DNA of 64,000 nt from Antechinus flavipes (taxonomy: Eukaryota), in the NCBI RefSeq assembly GCF_016432865.1, contig NC_067399.1:260338001-260402000 (forward strand), written 5' to 3'. This document shows, piece by piece, positions 61,321 through 64,000 of the stretch. Below the pieces are notes generated by a model, which was not told where the DNA came from, searched no databases, and saw only the letters and a list, made by a program, of their open reading frames with translations. Within the stretch, counting starts at the first letter, position 1, and every line of letters starts with the position of its first letter. The position numbers and the translations under genes are program-made.

Positions 61321-62699
61321 CTTGATCTGCATCGGTAAAGGCATTTTCTATGACAAGTTACCCAGATCCACATAATCATGTTTAGACCAAGAAGGAAAAA
61401 TCTCCAGTGCCTAGTGCAGCATTTTGCATAAAGTAGATAGATAATAAATGCACTTCAACATTTGAGTGCCTTGAAGGAAATTGCAGGAGAATTCACCCCT
61501 TTCCAGATCAGTTGTGGGGATATTCTGATGAGGCACTTGTTTCTGAAGACCCCAGCACAGAGAGCCCTTTCTTATCTGATACTGGCATATGAAGGGCTGG
61601 TCCCTCTGTGGATGAGCGCCATGGAAACTAGGGGCACATACAATATGCATACATGCTGCTGGGAGTGAAGGGTAGACAGAAAAGATATTCAACAGCTAAA
61701 CTGCCTTCTCATTTACTTTAAGAAAGGCCCTCCTCTTGTAATGGCAGAGCCCCTACCCTGCAGGTACATATAGCGCTCCTTCCAGCTCTTCCTCCCCCAC
61801 TCTGCCACATCCTCGAGTCCCCTCTGCAGTCTCCAGGGCTCCTGCCTACTTGGAGATAACCATCTCTGTTCACAGTGCCCGGGGAAAGCCCAACCTTGAA
61901 AAGGGATGAGGACAGAGTTTGTTTCTGTTCCCGCTAACTGAAGCTCAGACCGGGCACTCTGAGGAGCTAAAGAGCCCATCACTCCTTTCTCTAAAGTTCT
62001 TAACAGCTGGCCTTTGCCCATAGCTCAGTCACAGGGCAATATGCCAGCTGAGGGTTCCATGGTGCTGGCGGCACCTGCAAGAAGTTGTGGGAGGCAGTGA
62101 CATGGCATGACAGGCTTCATGCAGCTCCCAAGGAGGTCAGAGGAAGAGAAAAGGGCCATTTTTGGAGGGTGGTGGGGAACAGCTGTGGAAACCAAAGACT
62201 GTGTCTATTAAAGATTCCAGGGGACTACATTTATTCAAGCAGGAGCTTTAGGCTGTTTCACTCTACTGTCCAAGCTCCCCTATAAATGGGCAGACCCTGT
62301 TCCTCTGAGGAAGAGAAAAGGATTTAGGGAGGCTTCCTCTTGCCCAGATCCTCCACCCCTCTAAAGTCTCATCTCCCTACCCCATCTCTACCCTTCCCCC
62401 ATTCCTTTCCCATCACTATACTCAGGACCAGGCAAGAGCTAGGCCTTGAGGTTGTGTTAGGACGGCCTAGAACTCGCTTTTGAACTGGGGTTGGGGCATC
62501 TTATAGGTGCAGAGACCAGTTGCCATTCCCCTTCCCCTCCTCTTGCTTTGGGAGTCAGGAGCCCCTTCCTTGGCGAGGATATGGGGGAAGGAATGATCTA
62601 GGGGGAGGAGGAGGGGACTTTTCGGGGGCACCCCCGTCCTTCTGCAGGAACTGGTCTGGGAGGGGGCTGCGTGGCTGCCCTCTTCCCTCCCTCCCGCTC

Positions 62700-63180
62700 C
62701 CCCAAGAAGAAGGCTGTGCAGGTCCGGCAGCTCAGATTCTCCCCGCATTCTAGCCCTGCAGCTCCCCCGGCTGGTCGTCCCCAGACTCCCCTAGGAGCTG
62801 TCCTGGGGAGTCCCCTATCATCATCCTCAACATCCTTCTGGTCGCGGGAGGACATTTGGGGACAGAGGGAGGCGGGCGCTGGGTTGGGGTCCCCCGCGCA
62901 CGTTCCCACCCCCTTTCTCTTCTTCGGCACTTACCTTGGCGCCCCCCGCCCGGGCGCCCTCTGGCTGCTATGACGGCCCAGGGGGGCAGCGCGGCCCCGC
63001 ACGACCGGCCCGGCCCCGGCCCCGGCCCCGCTGCGGTCGCCCGGCTCCAGCAGAAGCTTCGAGGCAACCGCGCCGGCCGGGCCCCAGCTCAATGCTGCCC
63101 CCGACGGCCGCTCCTGGGGCCGTGCTTAAAGGGGCAGCGCATCCGGGGACCGCCCAAAGCTAGGTTAGGTTAGGTGGGCC
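62700..63180 (-). promoter_or_regulatory. CpG island, probable AJM1 promoter and non-coding first exon (~63100-62935)
   Basis: Very CpG-dense. Perfect minus-strand donor AAG|GTAAGT (GT at 62934-62933); no ATG in the putative exon; TATA-like TTTAAG at 63130-63125 on the minus strand. The AJM1 coding exon has an acceptor that needs an upstream exon. Confidence 0.6.
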
Positions 63181-63459
63181 ACCCGTCTCCGACCCTCTGC
63201 ACAGTCACTTCTAGGATCTACAATTGGGGAGCAACAGTTCAGGTGATCTCAGCCACCCCCTTGCTGAAAACCCAGCCAGGTGAAGCTCTCCTTACACTCC
63301 AAAGCCACTTAAGTCTGTTGTCAAATCAGCGATGCTTCTTTCTGGCCACCTTGTCAGATCTTATGGCCAGCCTCTCCATTCCACGCTGCCACCCCTTGCT
63401 GAGAAAGACCTTGAGCAAATACCGTCTCTTCCTCACAGGTAAAAAGAGGGGGTTTGACT

Positions 63460-63720
63460 AGGTCGTGGTCACTTTTTTGTTTTCATCATAGATCCCTTTA
63501 ATAAGTCTGGTGAAGTCTGTGGACCCCTTTTCAGAATGCTTTTAAATAAAAAGAAAAAAACAAATACATGCGCCCCCCCCCCCCCAAACACACACGGGAT
63601 TACAAGGGAAGCCAGAAAATTAAGTGAATATAAAGATGCCATTCTCTACACCCTCAAGTTCATGGATTTCCTGGAATCTATGCACATCCCATGGACCACA
63701 CAGTTTAAGAAGCCTTGGAG
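63460..63720. mobile_element. Non-autonomous hAT (MER/Charlie-like) relic
   Basis: gtctggtgaagtctgtggaccccttttcagaat...catggaccacacagtttaagaagccttg resembles recalled hAT MITE ends. Confidence 0.45.
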
Positions 63721-64000
63721 TAGGTGGTCTCTGAGACGTCCTTTCTAACACTGACATTTTGTGATTCCATGACTCACTATGACCTCTATCCTATGTTTAA
63801 ATCAGTTCTGTCTCCTCCAGTCTAATATGCCTCTACTGGGGATAAGGATCATAGTCATCATTGTAAGGGAGCTCGGAGGCCATTTTACTGATGAGAAAGT
63901 GAACCACAGGGGTGATGACTTGTCCAAGGTCACATAGGCATGGGATGGGATTTGAACCCAGGTCCTTGGACTGCAGAAGTGGTATTCTTTCCACCAAGCT

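Noticed and set aside
62467-63173. ORFs of 75-110 aa across the right-hand CpG island
   Set aside because: Low-complexity GC artefacts. The strong donor indicates a non-coding minus-strand exon instead.
63180-64000. RABL6 3' end expected from synteny
   Set aside because: No recognisable RABL6 coding sequence; probably beyond the window.

Overview
Mammalian genomic DNA, most likely a dasyurid marsupial (Tasmanian devil-like). This is inferred from the marsupial-type L1 3' UTRs, CORE-SINEs and strong CpG depletion outside islands. The window holds the conserved EDF1(+) / MAMDC4(-) / PHPT1(-) / AJM1(-) block, syntenic with human 9q34.3. All four genes are intact and I rebuilt them exon by exon: EDF1 has 5 coding exons (148 aa), MAMDC4 29 (~1230 aa), PHPT1 3 (127 aa) and AJM1 one (1000 aa), plus a probable distal non-coding AJM1 first exon at the CpG island near 63 kb. 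The first ~12.5 kb is a retroelement graveyard with a 318-N assembly gap, many L1 3' fragments (three with clear target-site duplications), and a decayed near-full-length HSPD1 retrocopy carrying an internal inversion and nested L1/SINE/LTR-like insertions. A short YBX3-like retro-fragment lies near 59.3 kb. I found no tRNA/rRNA, no CRISPR array and no convincing new protein-coding gene or novel system. The best leads are the HSPD1 inversion, paired cysteine loss and a possible GC donor in MAMDC4, a possible PHPT1-MAMDC4 read-through, and two orphan promoter-like CpG patches. All comparisons to human or rodent sequences are from memory, not from a database search.
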